Source of the DNA: Camelus dromedarius
Lineage: Eukaryota
Assembly: GCF_036321535.1 (NCBI RefSeq)
Contig: NC_087472.1
Coordinates: forward strand, 103,046,001 to 103,110,000
DNA length: 64,000 nucleotides
Direction of reading: 5' to 3'
The notes beneath the pieces were generated by a model. The model ran no database searches. It had not been told where the DNA came from and saw only the letters and a list, made by a program, of their open reading frames with translations. A program made the position numbers and the translations under genes. This document shows positions 39,736 to 54,295 of this stretch, piece after piece; position 1 is the first letter of the stretch, and each line of letters begins with the position of its first letter.

Positions 39736-42700
39736 GAAATAATAAAGAATATGAAAATGTATATATGTATGCATATGCATGACTGGGACATTGTGCTGTT
39801 CACCTGAAATTGACACACTGTAACTGACTGTACTTAATAATAATAATAAATTAAAAAGAACAAAGCCATCTAACAGGGTAACTATTCAGAGCATGTCTGT
39901 CCATCTTGTCTATGAGGATACAAAGGCCTTGCCAAGTATCTTGCAGAAATCTCTGCCCCACTATTTGCACCACATTACTTTGATCAACTGACCTAATATC
40001 ATTAGTGAAGGTACAAGTAAAAGGAAATCTGATGACTGATACGATGTTCTTTGTGACTCCACCATCCAAACTCCTACAGCTCATTAACTTCCTGTGTGGG
40101 TGCTTACAAATCATTCTTTGAATATTGTAGTCAATTACCTTGGAGTAACATCAAGTGTACTAGGCTGTTATTTTTGGTACTGTCTCCTTTTTCAGAATTA
40201 GGACCCTCACCCCTGCCTCCCTCCTTCCCCATGCCCTTCCATTCCTCTGGCTTTTCTCCTACTTTCCAACCATAGGAATTCAGGGTCTCATATGTAAGTT
40301 TTCTCTGATGGTTTATCACATTCACCTTGGTCCAAACCCTAGCACTTATAGCTAATCGTGCTGCATCTTTTGTCTGTTGTTCTTCTTCCTCTTCTTCTTC
40401 CCCTTCTACTTCTCCTTCTTACTTCTTTTTTTTTAATCTCACCTCTCACCACTCTCCTCTTCACTCACTTTACTCTAGCCACACTAGTCTCCTCTCAACT
40501 CCTCCATCAGAAATGGCACGCTTTCTTACGCCAAGATTTGGCACTCTGTTCTCTCTGTCTGGAAAACTTATTCCCTAGATTCCACTGGTTCATCCCCTCA
40601 CTTTCTTTAGCTCTGTGCTCAAATATTACTTTGCCAGAGAGGCAGTCCTTGACCAGTCTATCTGAAACTGCAACCCCCGCGGCCCCTCTCTGGCATCTCT
40701 CTCTTGCTATTTATCACCTCCTGACCTATTTGTTTATCTGCTCATTGTGTGTCTCTTGCTGTCATTCTCTTTCCGTCACCTCTTGGCACTTCTCACCACC
40801 TGACAGATTTATGTGTTTATATCTGGGTTGTCTGGCTCTCCTGGGATATCACAGGGGCTCAGTATTATTTATGTAATAAATTGAGATTGGCCTTCAACTA
40901 TCCCCTGACCCATTCAGTCAATCAACCAAGAGTTATTGAGCAATCTTTATATGCCAGGCCCTGTGTTAAGTCTCTGAGCTACAGAAAATGAAAAGAGATG
41001 GTCCCTGCTTGTAAGTAGCCTCTGGACTAGTAGGAGTGGACAGAAAACAGTAGGTCATAGGAGAGGTTTTGATCTAGGGAACGTCAAGAAGGCCTCACTG
41101 AAGAGTTGAAAAGGGCTGAGGTTTCCTGAAGGCTAGGAAAGGTATATATGTATGCTCAAAGTCACTGAGATGGGAAAGACATAGCTCATTCAAAGAACTT
41201 CAATATTCTGAGGCTGGAGCCCTGGATGCAGAGGAGGGAAGGGTAGCACTTATCATCTCCTGATTATTTGTGCATCATTTATCTGTCCCCTACTCTCTTT
41301 CTCCTTGCTTCCTGGGCTTATCACCTCCTGAGCAAGACCCAGGAGCCTTACTCCGAAGGGCCACCACACAGAGTTTGACACCTGCAGGTGATGGAGCATG
41401 TGGTCAAGAAGACAGAAAGGGGGGTGGAGGCCTAGAGCCCAGCAGCTACGCTGTTTGTACAAGGCCCTCATTATTCCTGCTTGCAGATGGCTGCAGTGCT
41501 TAAGAAAGCTGCCAAGTCAGATTAAAATCAATCAGGAATGTAGACTATGGGTCTTAGGTTCAACAGACAGAACTACTGGCGAGGGAGTCGTTGCTATACA
41601 AAAGCCTCCCTGTTTCAGCGTAGGTTGGAGCAGGGCACTGCTCAGGAAAAGACTGGTTAACCAACCCAGCATGTAATTGAGTCTGTTCTTTTCCCTGTTC
41701 TACTAATGATTCATTAAGGAGAGTGTACCGCTCACTGTGATCCAGACTCATGACTTCAAATCAAACAGAGGAGGCCAGTTTCTGCAAAGTACAGGAAGGA
41801 AACAATCAGTGTCCTGGACTTGGTTAGGGCAGGCTACAGAAGCAGGAACCCTACAACTGCTTTGCTCTGGGCAAGGCATTTTGGAAAACTATAGCTTCAG
41901 ACCTAGACACAGAACGGGTAGTAGAAAAAGTTGAGGCTAACAATAAATACATACTTTGGACTTGGTTACCAGCACATGAATTTTTTTTTTAACAAACCTA
42001 TAAATAATTATGAAGTTAGGACATTTTAGTTCTAGTTAAATGATTAGATCAGGGAAAGAAATGGCCACATGGCACTAAATACTTTAAACAGAAATAGTGT
42101 TAAATTTGATCTATTACTTTAAGGGGAGCTGAGGATTATTAGAAAATTACTGTGTGAGGAATTAATAATAATATTCACATTCTATGGTATGCCTACTATG
42201 TACTAAGCATTATGATAGGCTATTGGCATACTTTATTTCATCTTCCAAATAATTTTCTAAAATATACATTATTAATCTCATTTAACAGAAGAGGAGACAG
42301 GTTCTGAAAGACTAAGCAAGCTGACTAAGGAACCCAGAAAAGCCAAGATTTAAAGCCTGAGCCTGTCTGACTTGGAAGGGCGAGTTTTATGCTTTGTATG
42401 GTGCCCTGAAAAGCTCTTCCAGGCTTTTGTGGCAAACACCAAGTACCTTCCAAATCAAAGTCCTATTGGAGAGAGACTAGGATGAGAATTAGGAAAGTAT
42501 TTTTACTTAATGTGAATTTGCAATGATGGAAATCATAGTATGAGCTGCAGTTTTTTTAGCAGTAAAAACACATGATTCTTCACTCTTAAATAAGGAGATA
42601 TCCACAAGTAAAAAGAAAGCAGTTGAAGGAGAGAAATCACCTCAATTTAAGATTAAATCACAAATATAAATGAGATATAAAATAAGGAAGCATCTTCCTG

Positions 42701-42999
42701 AGAAACCTGGAGAAGCTTCAAGAAAACAGTCCCTTTGTTGAGTGCCTGTGTGTCGAGAATTACAGGAATTCCAAAGGAAATTCAAGACACTGGCCTTCTA
42801 TCCCATTTGTACCTACTATTCTAGACTTCTGACATATCAGTCAGGAAACATTTCATTTCCGTTTAAGGTGGAGAGAAGCAACACCAAAACGCAAACCCCA
42901 AACCCCAAAACAACTGCTAACTTGCAGTGGTATTTTCTGGATCCCATAACTGAAAAGAGCCTTAAGGTTCTGAGTGTCCAACCCTTGAGGTAGCAGAGG

Positions 43000-44330
43000 A
43001 GTCCTATCTGCCACGTAATTTGAACATCTCCAACAAGTGGGAGTTCACCTACTTTGATTATAGACTCCTAATTATTACTAATTACTTGTTTATATTTTAT
43101 CTGAAATCTACCACCCCAGTAACTTTCATCCACTGATCTTTGTTTTCCTCCTGGAACTAAACAGAATTCTGTCTTATGTTCCATCTTTTTCAATGCTTTA
43201 AGAGAGCCATCCTTTTGCCCCTAAATATTTTATTCCCTGAACTAACCATCCTCACTCAATTCAGCTGCTGCTCAAATGCCATGATTTATAGCACTATATG
43301 ATGACTCCTATGAAGGAGTTGAAGTTGGTCTGTGTCCCTCATGAAATATGTTTCCCAGAACTGAACATAATAAATCAAAGTATGGTAAGATTGATTATCA
43401 AAAGCATAGAACAGTCAGAATACTGTATTTCTATTTAAACAGCCCAAGATTCCTTTGGGTTTTTTTTTTCTTTTGTTTTATAGCCTTATCACGCTCTTGG
43501 CTCTTACTGGCTTCTGGCCACTAAATCCCCAAGTCTTCTTTTCTACATGCTGCTATTTAGCAAGTTCTCCCTATATCCTTAACTTTGGTTCTAAGAACAG
43601 AACACTAAAACTTGTCCTATTTAAATTTCATTTTAATAGAGATGACCATTTATGCGTTTATTTACATACTTATCCTGCCTTATTCCAAAAGATACTAACT
43701 GATACATCATCCCTGGGCCAATGCCAGTTTGGAATCTGCTTTGTCATCTGATTTATTCACACTCCCTCCCAGATTCCTGTTCTCCATACATTGATAACCA
43801 TGTCTACTCAGCTCATATCCAGGTTACTTAAAAAGGACCAAGCTAGGAAAACAATCTTGTTTGAAACAGATCTTCAACAAAATTTGCCAGATTTGACAAA
43901 GATAGATCCATTAATCAGCATTTTTAGGATAGAATGATTATGCTGCTAAATTATCCTATCATCCATCCAGTTTTTCCATCTCTTCAGCAAAGATGCCATA
44001 AATGTCTTTGAAAAATGCCTTGCAGAAGCACAGAAACTCTATGTCCACAGGATTCCTTTGATCTATGAGTCTAGTAAGCATATAACAAAAGAAACCAAGG
44101 CCTGTCAGACTGTCTCTTCTTAGTAAATCATGCTGGTTTCTTTAAGGATCATCTCTTCTCTCTCTGGGAGTTCACATATACCAATTTGATATTCTTAATA
44201 GAGAATCAATATTGAAATCCTTGTTAAAGTTTGCATCACCTACCTTCTCCCTATTTTTGAAAACCAAGACATTTACCCATCTCCTGTATTCAGGAAGCAC
44301 TTCTATTGCTAATCTATGGGAAACATAGGT
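43000..44330 (-). mobile_element. Ancient CR1/L3-like LINE remnant, boundaries approximate
   Basis: Degenerate CR1-type motifs (aactttcatccactgatctttgttttcc, cccagaactgaaca, aaatgccttgc.gaag). Confidence 0.45.
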
Positions 44331-45529
44331 TGCAGATGGTATTGTAAGGATCTCTTCTGAAAACTGTTTTCATATTCTCCGATATGACTTGTCCCAACCT
44401 GAAGACCTGCATTCTTTTAGTCTGCATCCCTGGAATGGGAGTGATGGTGGTAGAGGGGCAGAACAGTTTCCCTGAAGAATGGGGGTACTGTTTTTAGAAG
44501 GAGTGAAGGATACTGGGCAAACAAAAGAGAGTCCACTGCAGCAGTGAACCTTCAAATTCAAATACCCTTCAGCAAGCCTCAGTTCTCTCTAGCTAGTCTT
44601 GCTTACATTAGCATTACAGCTTTGTGCTGTTCTTGTGGTTTGAGTCTTTGATTGCTACCTCCTTCTTCCCAGGTTTTTATGTGTCTTTTATAATCTGAGC
44701 TCTTCAGAGAGCCTTAGCCCCTCTCACCAGCACATTTAGTCTCTTGGATTACTTCCCCCAGTATTATTAATAGGGGGCTCTAGTCCCTTCATACAGACAA
44801 CAGTCCCTTCTCCTTATTTGTAATTGACATTTTTTGGAGGTAGATGCATTCATTCAGTTTTATTGCTTTTAGTAGGCCTTGACCCCATTTTGGGCAGTTT
44901 CTGTTACTAACATGGTTGAAAAGTAGCCAAAGACCAGAGAAGATAAAACTATACAGGGCTTCCAAGGTCAATAGGCCAGAAAATAAATTATTCCATTATC
45001 AGGATGAAAACTAAATCCTCACATTAACCTTCCTAATTGCTTGCTTACCTTGTTTTTATACTTTCTAAGTGAACAGGAACAAAGCCACTTGCTGCTGTTC
45101 TCATTAACACTAATGATCAATAAATAAAAAAAAAATTTTTTTTGCTGATTCTTATATTTTGTTCAACATTATGTATGCTTAATTTAGAGCTTATTAGGGC
45201 ATTGCCAGTTTTGCTCATTATCTCCTCTATAAGATGAATGTGTTTCTTAGGCAAGTAGTTAACATGAAGCAACAATGACTGATTCAGTTTTTGTCATTAA
45301 GCAAGGCTTTCAGTTATATTTACTGCTGGGGGCAGGGAGGGAAGAAGCAAGCATTAGCATTTAATAATGACTGATTTCAGATACTCCTGAGAAAAAGACA
45401 TTCTTATAACAATTTCAGCACTGGATGTCAATGACCAGAGCTGACTTGGTGTACAAGCGAAGTGTTTGCCTTGCATCCTCCCCTAAATTCTTTTGAGGTT
45501 CTTTCTACTCATTAAAATCGTGCTCTGAA

Positions 45530-45900
45530 ATGAAATCCCAATGCATGCCACAAGATGGATGATGCTTGAAAACACTATGCTAAGTGAGGGAAGCCAGACA
45601 CAAAGGACCACATGTACTACGCTTCCATTTACATGGAATGGCCAGAATAGGTAAATCTATAGACAGAAAGCAGATCAGTGGCTGCCAGGGGCTGGGCTAG
45701 GGGCTTTGCAGGGATTGAGGAGATTGGAGGTGATGACTAAGGGGTGTACAGTTTCTTTTTGGAGTGAGGAAAATGTTCTGAAATTGTGGTGATAGTTGTA
45801 CAACCCTGTGAATATACTAAAAGCCATTGAATTGTACACTATAAATGGGTGAATTGTGTGGCATGTTAATTATATCTCAATAAAGCTGTTTCTTAAAAAA
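45530..45900 (+). mobile_element. L1 3' UTR fragment (L1MB-like)
   Basis: Characteristic ...atgctaagtga..agccagacacaaagg...tatctcaataaagctgtt-A tail. Confidence 0.75.
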
Positions 45901-48900
45901 ATCACACCCTGTTCCTCATGCTGCCATTGTATACCACTCCTTCTTGCCTTGGAATTTTTAGCAACTGGATCACTGTCACCTTTTCCATCAGGTCCTGCTA
46001 CCATCCTGAATAACTCTGATATTCACATAGATGACCCACTACTCAACACCCAAGTGAGTCCCTTCCTTGGTCTTCTCTGCTCCATTGACCTTCACTTCCT
46101 TTCCACTTGGCCACCACTCCGTCCTTATTTGTTATACTTTCCACTCAACTTCCCACCTCCCCCACCTCTGAAACAACACCTTCAGACGTCCCTCTCAGAA
46201 CACGACTCCCAATGCTTCCAGCTGTCTCACTCAGCTGCTCTAATTCTCATCTGGCCTTAGTGGGTGTAGGATCTTCCTCTCCCTGGACCCCATCACTTTG
46301 TCTCTTTCTGTTCTATCGTATCAGCATCCACCACCTCCCTCCTGCCCCGAAACTCCCCGCTTTCACTGTTACTGCTTTCCTCATCTGGCTTGAATTCCAT
46401 CACTTCAGTCTCTTGTCCTTGTATCTCAGCTGTCTGACAAATCTCAACCTTCCATCAATGCACCTAATTCCAGGATGATCCAGTCACAGATCTTGTCTCC
46501 AGTGCACACTCAGTGCCCTCAGTTATCTGCTCATATTGCTCCAGAAGCCTCTCTCCAGTTCTCCAAGGTCCCTAGGAGAAACCTGTTTCCCACTTCTCAA
46601 CCCCTCTCCACCTCCTTCTTCATGCCCAGCAGACAACCTTACCTTCTCCTCTGTGTCAGAGAGGAAGAAGCTGCTTCTCTACCACCAAACTATGTGCTTA
46701 CCTACATCCTTTCTTCCTCCCCTATCACCCCTTGGTCTGAGCAAAATGGGAGAAATGCCCCATCTCTTATTTAGTCTCTACTGTGTCTGGCTTGCATCAC
46801 CTCTTCACTACTCAGAGTCTTTGTAGTACTGCCTTTCCCCTAAATCTTCAGCCTCTTCCTCTCGACTGACTCCTACCCATCAGCATGTCTCCCTCGTTAA
46901 GCAACAACAGCATCTCCAATTTGATGCCATGCCTCCCCTCTAGCTGCCTCTCTTTTTCCTTCTCTTTAAATACAAACCTCCTAAGAGAGCTGTCTCCACT
47001 TCTCCCTTTCCACTTTCCCCTCCACATGCTGCAATGAGTGTTTCTACATGTCATTTCACTAAAATGGCTTCTTTTAATCCAGTCAGCTCTTTCTGTTCCT
47101 ACTTGAGTTCTCAGCAATATTTGGCACATTTGACAAATTTGACAACTTTCTCCTTATCAGGATCTCTTCCTGTAGCTTCATGACTACATACTTCTGGATC
47201 TCCACCTATGCTTCTAACCTCTCCATTTCAGTCTTCTTTTGAGGCTTTTCCCCTGATTGCCCCCTAAAAGTTTGTATTTCTGAGCTGTGTCCTGGATATT
47301 TGTATAAGTGATCTATTAATGTATAACAAATTAACACAAACTTAGCAGTTTAAAGTAGCATCCATCTAGTATCTCTCAGCTTCTGTGGGTCAGGAGTCCA
47401 GGCACCAATTAGCTGCTCTGCTCTGGCCTCACAAGGCTAACGTCAAGGTGTTGGCTGAGGCTGTGTTCTCATCTGGAGCTCAGGGTTCTCTTCCAAGCTC
47501 ATTCAGGTTGTTGGCAGAATTCAATTCCTTGGCTGTCAGCTGGGTTCATTTTCACCTCCTAGAGGCTGCTCTCAGGACCTCCACATGACCTCCACATGAC
47601 CCTCTCTATCTCACCAGTGAAGAACCCCCTCTCATGAAATCCCTCTTATGCTTCAAATTTCTCTGATTTCTTCTTCTATTAGCTAGAGAAAACTCTCTTC
47701 TTTTAAAGAGTCCCATAATATTAAGTTAGGCCCAGTTTTACAATCTCTCTATCTTAAGGTCAACTGATTAGTGATCTTAATTACATCAGCAAATTCCCTT
47801 TGGTGAGGTAACCTAACATAACATCATGGGAATCACATTATAATTCTGTCCTTCACAGTACTTAAAAAAAATATATTATTGTTGTATACATTCTTCTGGA
47901 GTGATTTCATCCTCCTACTCAGCTTCATTTACCAGCTCTATGCTGATGACTCACAAATCTCTAGCTACAGCTCTAACTTCACTCCTGAGCCATCAGACTT
48001 ACATCAACAACTCCCACAGTCCATTTGGAGGCCCCACAGATGTCTGATTTTGGAGGATGAAAAATGAATTCATCATTTCACCACCAGTCTGCCTTCTTTC
48101 TGGGTTCTGTCTCTCAGGGAATTATCCCTCAGCATCATCCTTGACTTTACACCCATTCCCCTTGCCTCTACATCAAAGCAACCTATATCAATCAATCCTA
48201 CCTCTTAAACTCTCTCCAATCAATCTCTTTCTTTTTATTCCTTGTTCAGGCTACCTTCACCTCTTATGTGAATTATTCAACAGCTTCCCAACTGGTCTCT
48301 CAGTCACCAGTCTTGACCTCTACAGTGGACATTGTGGATCTGCTTGTTTAATATCCATTCCAACCTCCTTGTAGTGTTCCTTCCAGAAAACAAAAACTAC
48401 ATTCCATGGCAAGGCTCCTGGTTTTGATGTAGATTCCAACAATCAGGTGTACCCATGCAACACTTGGAAGGGGGAAGTGATATATCATGAAGAGGGGGGC
48501 CTCACTTACACTATTCCTGCTGGCAAGCATGATTATGGAAGCATCTGGCTTTCAGTGGCAGTTGTAGAGGGAGTCCAGTGTCCAGTCTCTAGCCACATGA
48601 GTGAAAAGAGGGAGGACCCATGGCTTCCACTTTTCTGGCAGCAGATTCCTGATTTCTCAGTCACAGCAGAGGAGGTATAGGCTTGAAGCCAGCAGTTAGG
48701 GAGACAGTTTCTTAGTATTCCACCTCATGATCATGGCAGACACAGTGGCTCCCTGGCAGTCAAGTTCTGCAGTGTTATTCTGGAAAGTCTTCCTGGAAAC
48801 TCAGCCTAGCTTTTGCTCTTTCAGCTCCTCCAATCATTCTTAGATTGCTCCTGTTTGTATGAGTTAGAATGGTTTATTTTATCAGCAACTAAATTTGGAC

Positions 48901-50202
48901 TACAGTATATCCTGCAATTATCCACATTTCACCCAGAGTGATTTTTCTGAAACTCTAATATTCAAATCCAATAATGGCATTGCCCTTGCTTAAAATCCTT
49001 TAATGTCTCCCAATATCTTTACGTAAAGCCCAAATGTTTTAATCTTGTTTGAAAGGTCCTGTATAATGTGATCTTCCTGTTCTCTGCAGACTCATCTTTA
49101 CCCAGGTACTCTCTGACCACACTGACTTTCTATTTAGGTCCTTAAGACAGTCACACACTCATCTCTTCATCTTTGTACGTGCTATTCTCCCTGTGTGGAA
49201 TACTCTTGCCCTTTCTTCTCTTGGCTAACTACCCCCCTCCTTTTTTTTTTTTTCAATCTTGGCCTAAAGGCTGTGTCCTTCAGGAAACCTTCTCTGACCC
49301 CACCACCTATCACTATCACCAAAACTCAGGGTTAGGCCCTCTTTTACAAGCTCCCACAACAACCTGGCCTTCCTTCTTTTGAAACACTTACTCCACTGTA
49401 TTGGGATTGCCAGTTGTAAATTGTGCCCTCTGTCCTCATACTATATGCACCTGGCAGAAGGTTTCATGTCTAAGTTGTTCTCTATTTTATCTCCAGTACC
49501 CAGTGAGTACCTGGTCCAGACTTAGGCATACAAGTCAGAGTAATAAAGAAATTGAAACATTTTAAACAGAAGGTCTAATCACTATTGGATTTATGTTTCA
49601 AAAAAAAATACTCAGTAATGGGATCAGATGGAGACAAGGAGCTGAGACTGAAAGTTCTGTTTGTTGGTCTGACCTAGAGCAATATTAGTGGGGATGGAAA
49701 CTTGGAGATTACTTCATATGCTATGGTGGGAGAGGCGGGTAGAAGAAACTGAAAATACTCAAGAAGCAATGAGAAAGGGGCTTATTAGTTTTTCTTTTGG
49801 CATTCAAATCCAAATTAATTAACATTTTTTTGAGCATCTACTCTGGTATAGTATTAGGTTCTGTGACATAAAGATTAGTAAAATACTATCCCATTCCTGG
49901 AGATCTCAAGGGTTTCAGTGGGCTACCAGAGACACAAACACTTTAATACCAAGCCAGGAGATAAGAGAAAGAATTGAAGAGTTTGAATTTTGAGGAGCTG
50001 TGTGTGTGGTTTTTCAGTCTGTTTGTTTTTGCCTAAAGATAATGTGCTAGTAGTATGGGCAACAGACAGGGGACTGAGGGAAAACACTGCCTGGAGACAG
50101 AACACAGGGCTCTTATTTCCTCATCTACCACTAACGAGGTAGTATGATCTTGAGCAATTTGTTTACTTCTCTGGGGCTTAGTTTCCTTATTTGTTTTTTT
50201 TT

Positions 50203-50309
50203 GGGGGGGTATGTATGTATGTATTTATTTTTAGGAGGTACTGGGGATTGAACCCAGAACCTTGTGCATGCTAAGCATGCGCTCTACCACTTGAGCTATA
50301 CCCTCCCCC
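50203..50309 (-). mobile_element. Vic-1-like tRNA-derived SINE
   Basis: gaggtactggggattgaacccag...gctctaccacttgagctataccctcccc. Confidence 0.82.
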
Positions 50310-50827
50310 TTCCTTATTTGTAAAATGAAGTTTTTGAGTGAAATGACCTTTAAAATTCTATTATTCTATGTATTTGCTATATTTAAAATGTGTGCAATAT
50401 TCTAAAAGTTTTTCAAATCATTCAATTAAAATGTCCATGTATTCTGAATAGTACTTTATGATAAATGTTTTAACTCTGTCCCATAGTATTTAAAAGACAA
50501 GGATATAATGTGATTATAAATAAACTCTTAACTTTGGGTTTCTCAGTTCTAAGAAATTGACAGTATCATCCACCTTTGACAATTAGGGACAGTTCACCAG
50601 AATATGTTCCCCCTGTGCCCCTATTTCCCTGGCTCTTTCAGCCATATGGTTTTGTTTTTTTTTTAATTTTGCATTATCTATTGCCTGGTACAAATGCTAG
50701 GTTTTGCCATAGGAATGTAAGGTAAAGAAAATCTCAGATCAGTCTCTTCTGCCCCTTTGATAGATGAGTAGTTTTAAATTCTGGGCCCAGATTGTATGAG
50801 GATTCTCTTTAAATTTCAGTGGAGGTA

Positions 50828-50930
50828 GGGAGTGTATAGCTCAGTGGTAAAGCATATGCTTAGCATACATGAGGTCCTGGGTTCAATCTCCAGTACCTCC
50901 ATTTAAATAAATAAACCCAAATACCTCCAC
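50828..50930 (+). mobile_element. Vic-1-like tRNA-derived SINE
   Basis: gggagtgtatagctcagtggta...gggttcaatctccagtacctcc followed by an AT-rich tail. Confidence 0.82.
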
Positions 50931-52096
50931 CCTCTACCTCCTGCAAAAAAAAGTGTTTGACTCTATGTGCATACATGTTTGATTGAAAATTTTTTTTTCA
51001 ATGGAAAGGAGACACATGAAGAACACAAAAAGCAGGTTTACAATTGAGAAAAAGAACTAGCCACTTGAAAAATTCACTGCTCTCCCAATCATATGGCTCC
51101 TTCTCTTTGTAATGAAGCGTGTAACAGCTTGCAAGAATGGTTAGTAATACTAACAGATGTAACAGTTGAACCCAAAAAATCAGTGGCTTAATACAAAGTT
51201 ATTTCTCATTCACTTAAAGTATAATTGGTGGTAGGAATGATGATGGTGTAGTGGTCTGTGTGTCTGCTCCATGCAGTCATTCCGGAACCCAGGCTGACAG
51301 AGACTCAGCCATCTTCAAAGCCTGACTTCCAAGGTCACCCTGGGTGTCAACACCCAGGGGGAAAAAGCAGGGTGGAGGAGAGGGTGAGGGAAGAGGCTTT
51401 CCTGTGGAAGGTTCTCTGGGCCTGGCCTGATAACACTTACATCTACATTTCATAGCCTGATCTCAGCTCAGTGGGCACCTTAGGTGGCTAAGGAACAGGG
51501 TCTAGCTGTGTGCCAAGGAAGAGAAAGGGTGGATTTTGATTACTACTATTTCTGCCTTATCCAAGGATAGAGATTCTGTCTAACTGGTGCCTCTCAACTC
51601 TGTCCTTTCCACCTCATGTCTGTAATTGCTGGCAAAGTATTTCAGAGGTGGTTCCTAGTTGGCATGAGGAGTTGGAAAATATTTTTAGAGCAGTGATAGT
51701 CATCAAATAAGCATCTGATTTTTATGATGCAAACTTCAAGTCTCTCTAAGTGCTCTAATTTCTAACTTAGACTATTACAGTACATTAGTTTGTACAGGGC
51801 ACACCATGATCACAGGCCACTGTGGGTTGTGCACATAGATTTACCTTTAGGTTCATATAACTGGGAACATTACTTTCCCAATGTTATCAGACTTAATGAG
51901 ATCAGCAATAAAACATATTCAGATCTCAAGTTTCCTTTAGCTAATTTGTCTGGGGAAAATATATTAATCACTGGCTTTGAGAACTTTCTTATTAGATATC
52001 ATAGCTTTTTTTGGTATAAAGCAGTGGTTCTCAAAGTGTGGTCCCAAGACCAGCAAGCATCAGCACCACCTGGGAACCTGTTACAAATGTAATTCT

Positions 52097-53260
52097 TACC
52101 ATAAAACTCCTAGAAGAGAACATAGGCAAAACATTCTCTGACATAAATCATAGCAATGTTTTCTTAGGTTAGTCTCAAGAAATAAAAGCAAAAATAAACA
52201 AATGGGACCTAATCACAGCACAGCAAAGGAAACCATAAACAGAATGAAAAGACAACCTACAGAATGGGAGAAAACATTTGCAAATGACATGACAAAAAGG
52301 GCTTAATTTCCAGTTCAATATCAAAAAAACAAATAACCCTATCAAAAAATGGGCAGAAGACCTAAACTGACATTTCTCCAAAGAAGACATACAGGTGGCC
52401 AATAGGCACATGAAAAAAAAATGCTCAACATCACTAATTACTAGAGAAATGCAAATCAAAACCAAAATGAGATATCACCTCATACCTATCAGAATGGCCA
52501 TCATCAAAAAGAACACAAATAACAAATGTTGGCAATGATGTGGAGAAAAAGGAAACCCTCATACACTGTTGGTGGAAATGTAAATTGGTGCAGCCATTAT
52601 AAAGAGCTAAAAATAGAGTTATCAGATGACCCAATAATTCCACTCCTGGGCATACATCTGGAAAATATGAAAAGTCTAATTTGAAAAGATACATGCACCT
52701 CAATGTTCAAAGCAGCACTATTTACAATAGCCAAGACATGGAAGCAACCTAAATGTCCATTGACTGGATGAAGAAGTTGTGTTACATATATACAATGGAA
52801 TATTACCCAGCTATAAAAAAGAATGAAAGAATGTCATTTGCAGCAACATGGATGGACCTAGAAATTATCACACTAACTGAAGTAAATCAGAGAAAGATAA
52901 ATATTACACAATATCACTTATATGTGGAATCTAAAAAAATAATACAAGTGAACTTATTTACAAAACAGAAGCAGACTCACAGACATAGAAAACAAACTTA
53001 TGGTTGCCAAAAGGGAAAGTGGGGCAGGGAAGGGACAAATTACGAGTTTGGGATTAACAGATACACACTACTATATATAAAATAGATAAACAACAAGGTC
53101 CTATTGTATAGCACAGGGAACTATATTCAATACCTTGTAATAACCTATAATGGAAAAGAATCTGAAAAATATACATATACACACATATGTATCTGAATCA
53201 CTTTGCTATATACCAGAAACTAACATAACATTGTAAAACAACTATACTGCAAAAAAAAAA
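52097..53260 (+). mobile_element. 5'-truncated L1 inserted into a MER5A-like DNA transposon
   Basis: L1 ORF2 end, 3' UTR and poly-A. TSD aaatg[t/c]a[a/g]ttct at 52085-52096 and 53261-53272. MER5A-like halves at 52021-52096 and 53261-53345. Confidence 0.88.
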
Positions 53261-54092
53261 AAATGCAGTTCTCAGGCCTCATCTCAGATGTGCTGAATCA
53301 GAAACTCTGGAGAGTCATCTTGTGTTTTCACAAGTCCTCTAAGGAATATCCTAGAACCGTAAGTCTACTTGACTTACATTACTGCTGAAACATTTCATTT
53401 TAAGGACTAGGTCAAAAGAAAATTATTTGAAATTGTTTTGTTGAAAACATATTGAATCTGTGAATTCTCACAGAATGAAAAGATTGCTAAGAGCCCTTGG
53501 AGGTCATTAGGGCAAATAGTTTCCACAAGTGTCAGTCACAGAAAATCTAAGGTTCTATGAAGCATCTCTAGGGGTTTCCTAAAAGAAAATGTATTCATAT
53601 GTTTTGACTGGTGACTGCTCCCCTGACCATCTAAGGTTTGTCACCAAAAGACATGGAATTCTGTGTCAGGAGAAATGGTTTTGGAGTTTTAGGACACAAT
53701 CAACATCTTATTCATCTCTGTATCTCCATTACCCATCCAGAGTACTTGGCATAGAGAAGACACATAATAAACATTTATGTTAATGAATGAATGGATGGAA
53801 TAGTCATCCTATGGATCCTGGTTCTAAGCAACTGCACTAATATTCTGGGATCACTTTGAAAAAACATTTCATTTGGATAGTTTATTCTAGTTAATTTAAA
53901 GAATACTAACTGCTTATGTATGTGGCCAGTCTTTTTAGCAGTTAAGGATTTTACCTATTAAATATTAAGAATGCTCATCCAAGAGAATTCCAACTCATCC
54001 AAAAGAAAAAAAAATATGAAGATAAGTGTTTGTTTTATTTCTTGAAAGTCTATAAAATATCTCCATTGCTACATGCTTTTCAGTGACTAACT

Positions 54093-54295
54093 CAGGGTTC
54101 TCAACCTTGGCTCTACTGACATTTTGGGCTGGTTAATTCTTTGTGATGGAAGCTGTCCTACACACTGCAACAGCATCACCACACTGCACCCACCCCCCTC
54201 CCCAGCCCCCATCCCATTGTGACAACCCAAATGTCTCCAGACACTGCCAAATGTCCCCTGGTGGGGGATAAAATGGCCTAGGTTGGGAATCACTG
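54093..54295. mobile_element. MER20-like hAT DNA transposon
   Basis: cagggttctcaaccttggc...tgtctccagacactgccaaatgtcccctgg...gggaatcactg with terminal inverted repeats. Confidence 0.8.

Noticed and set aside
40358..40876. 172-aa hydrophobic ORF
   Set aside because: Lies in pyrimidine-rich low-complexity/L2-like sequence, with no recognisable protein.
50828..50930. tRNA gene
   Set aside because: A/B boxes are present, but it has a SINE body and AT tail and belongs to a dispersed diverged family (four copies here).
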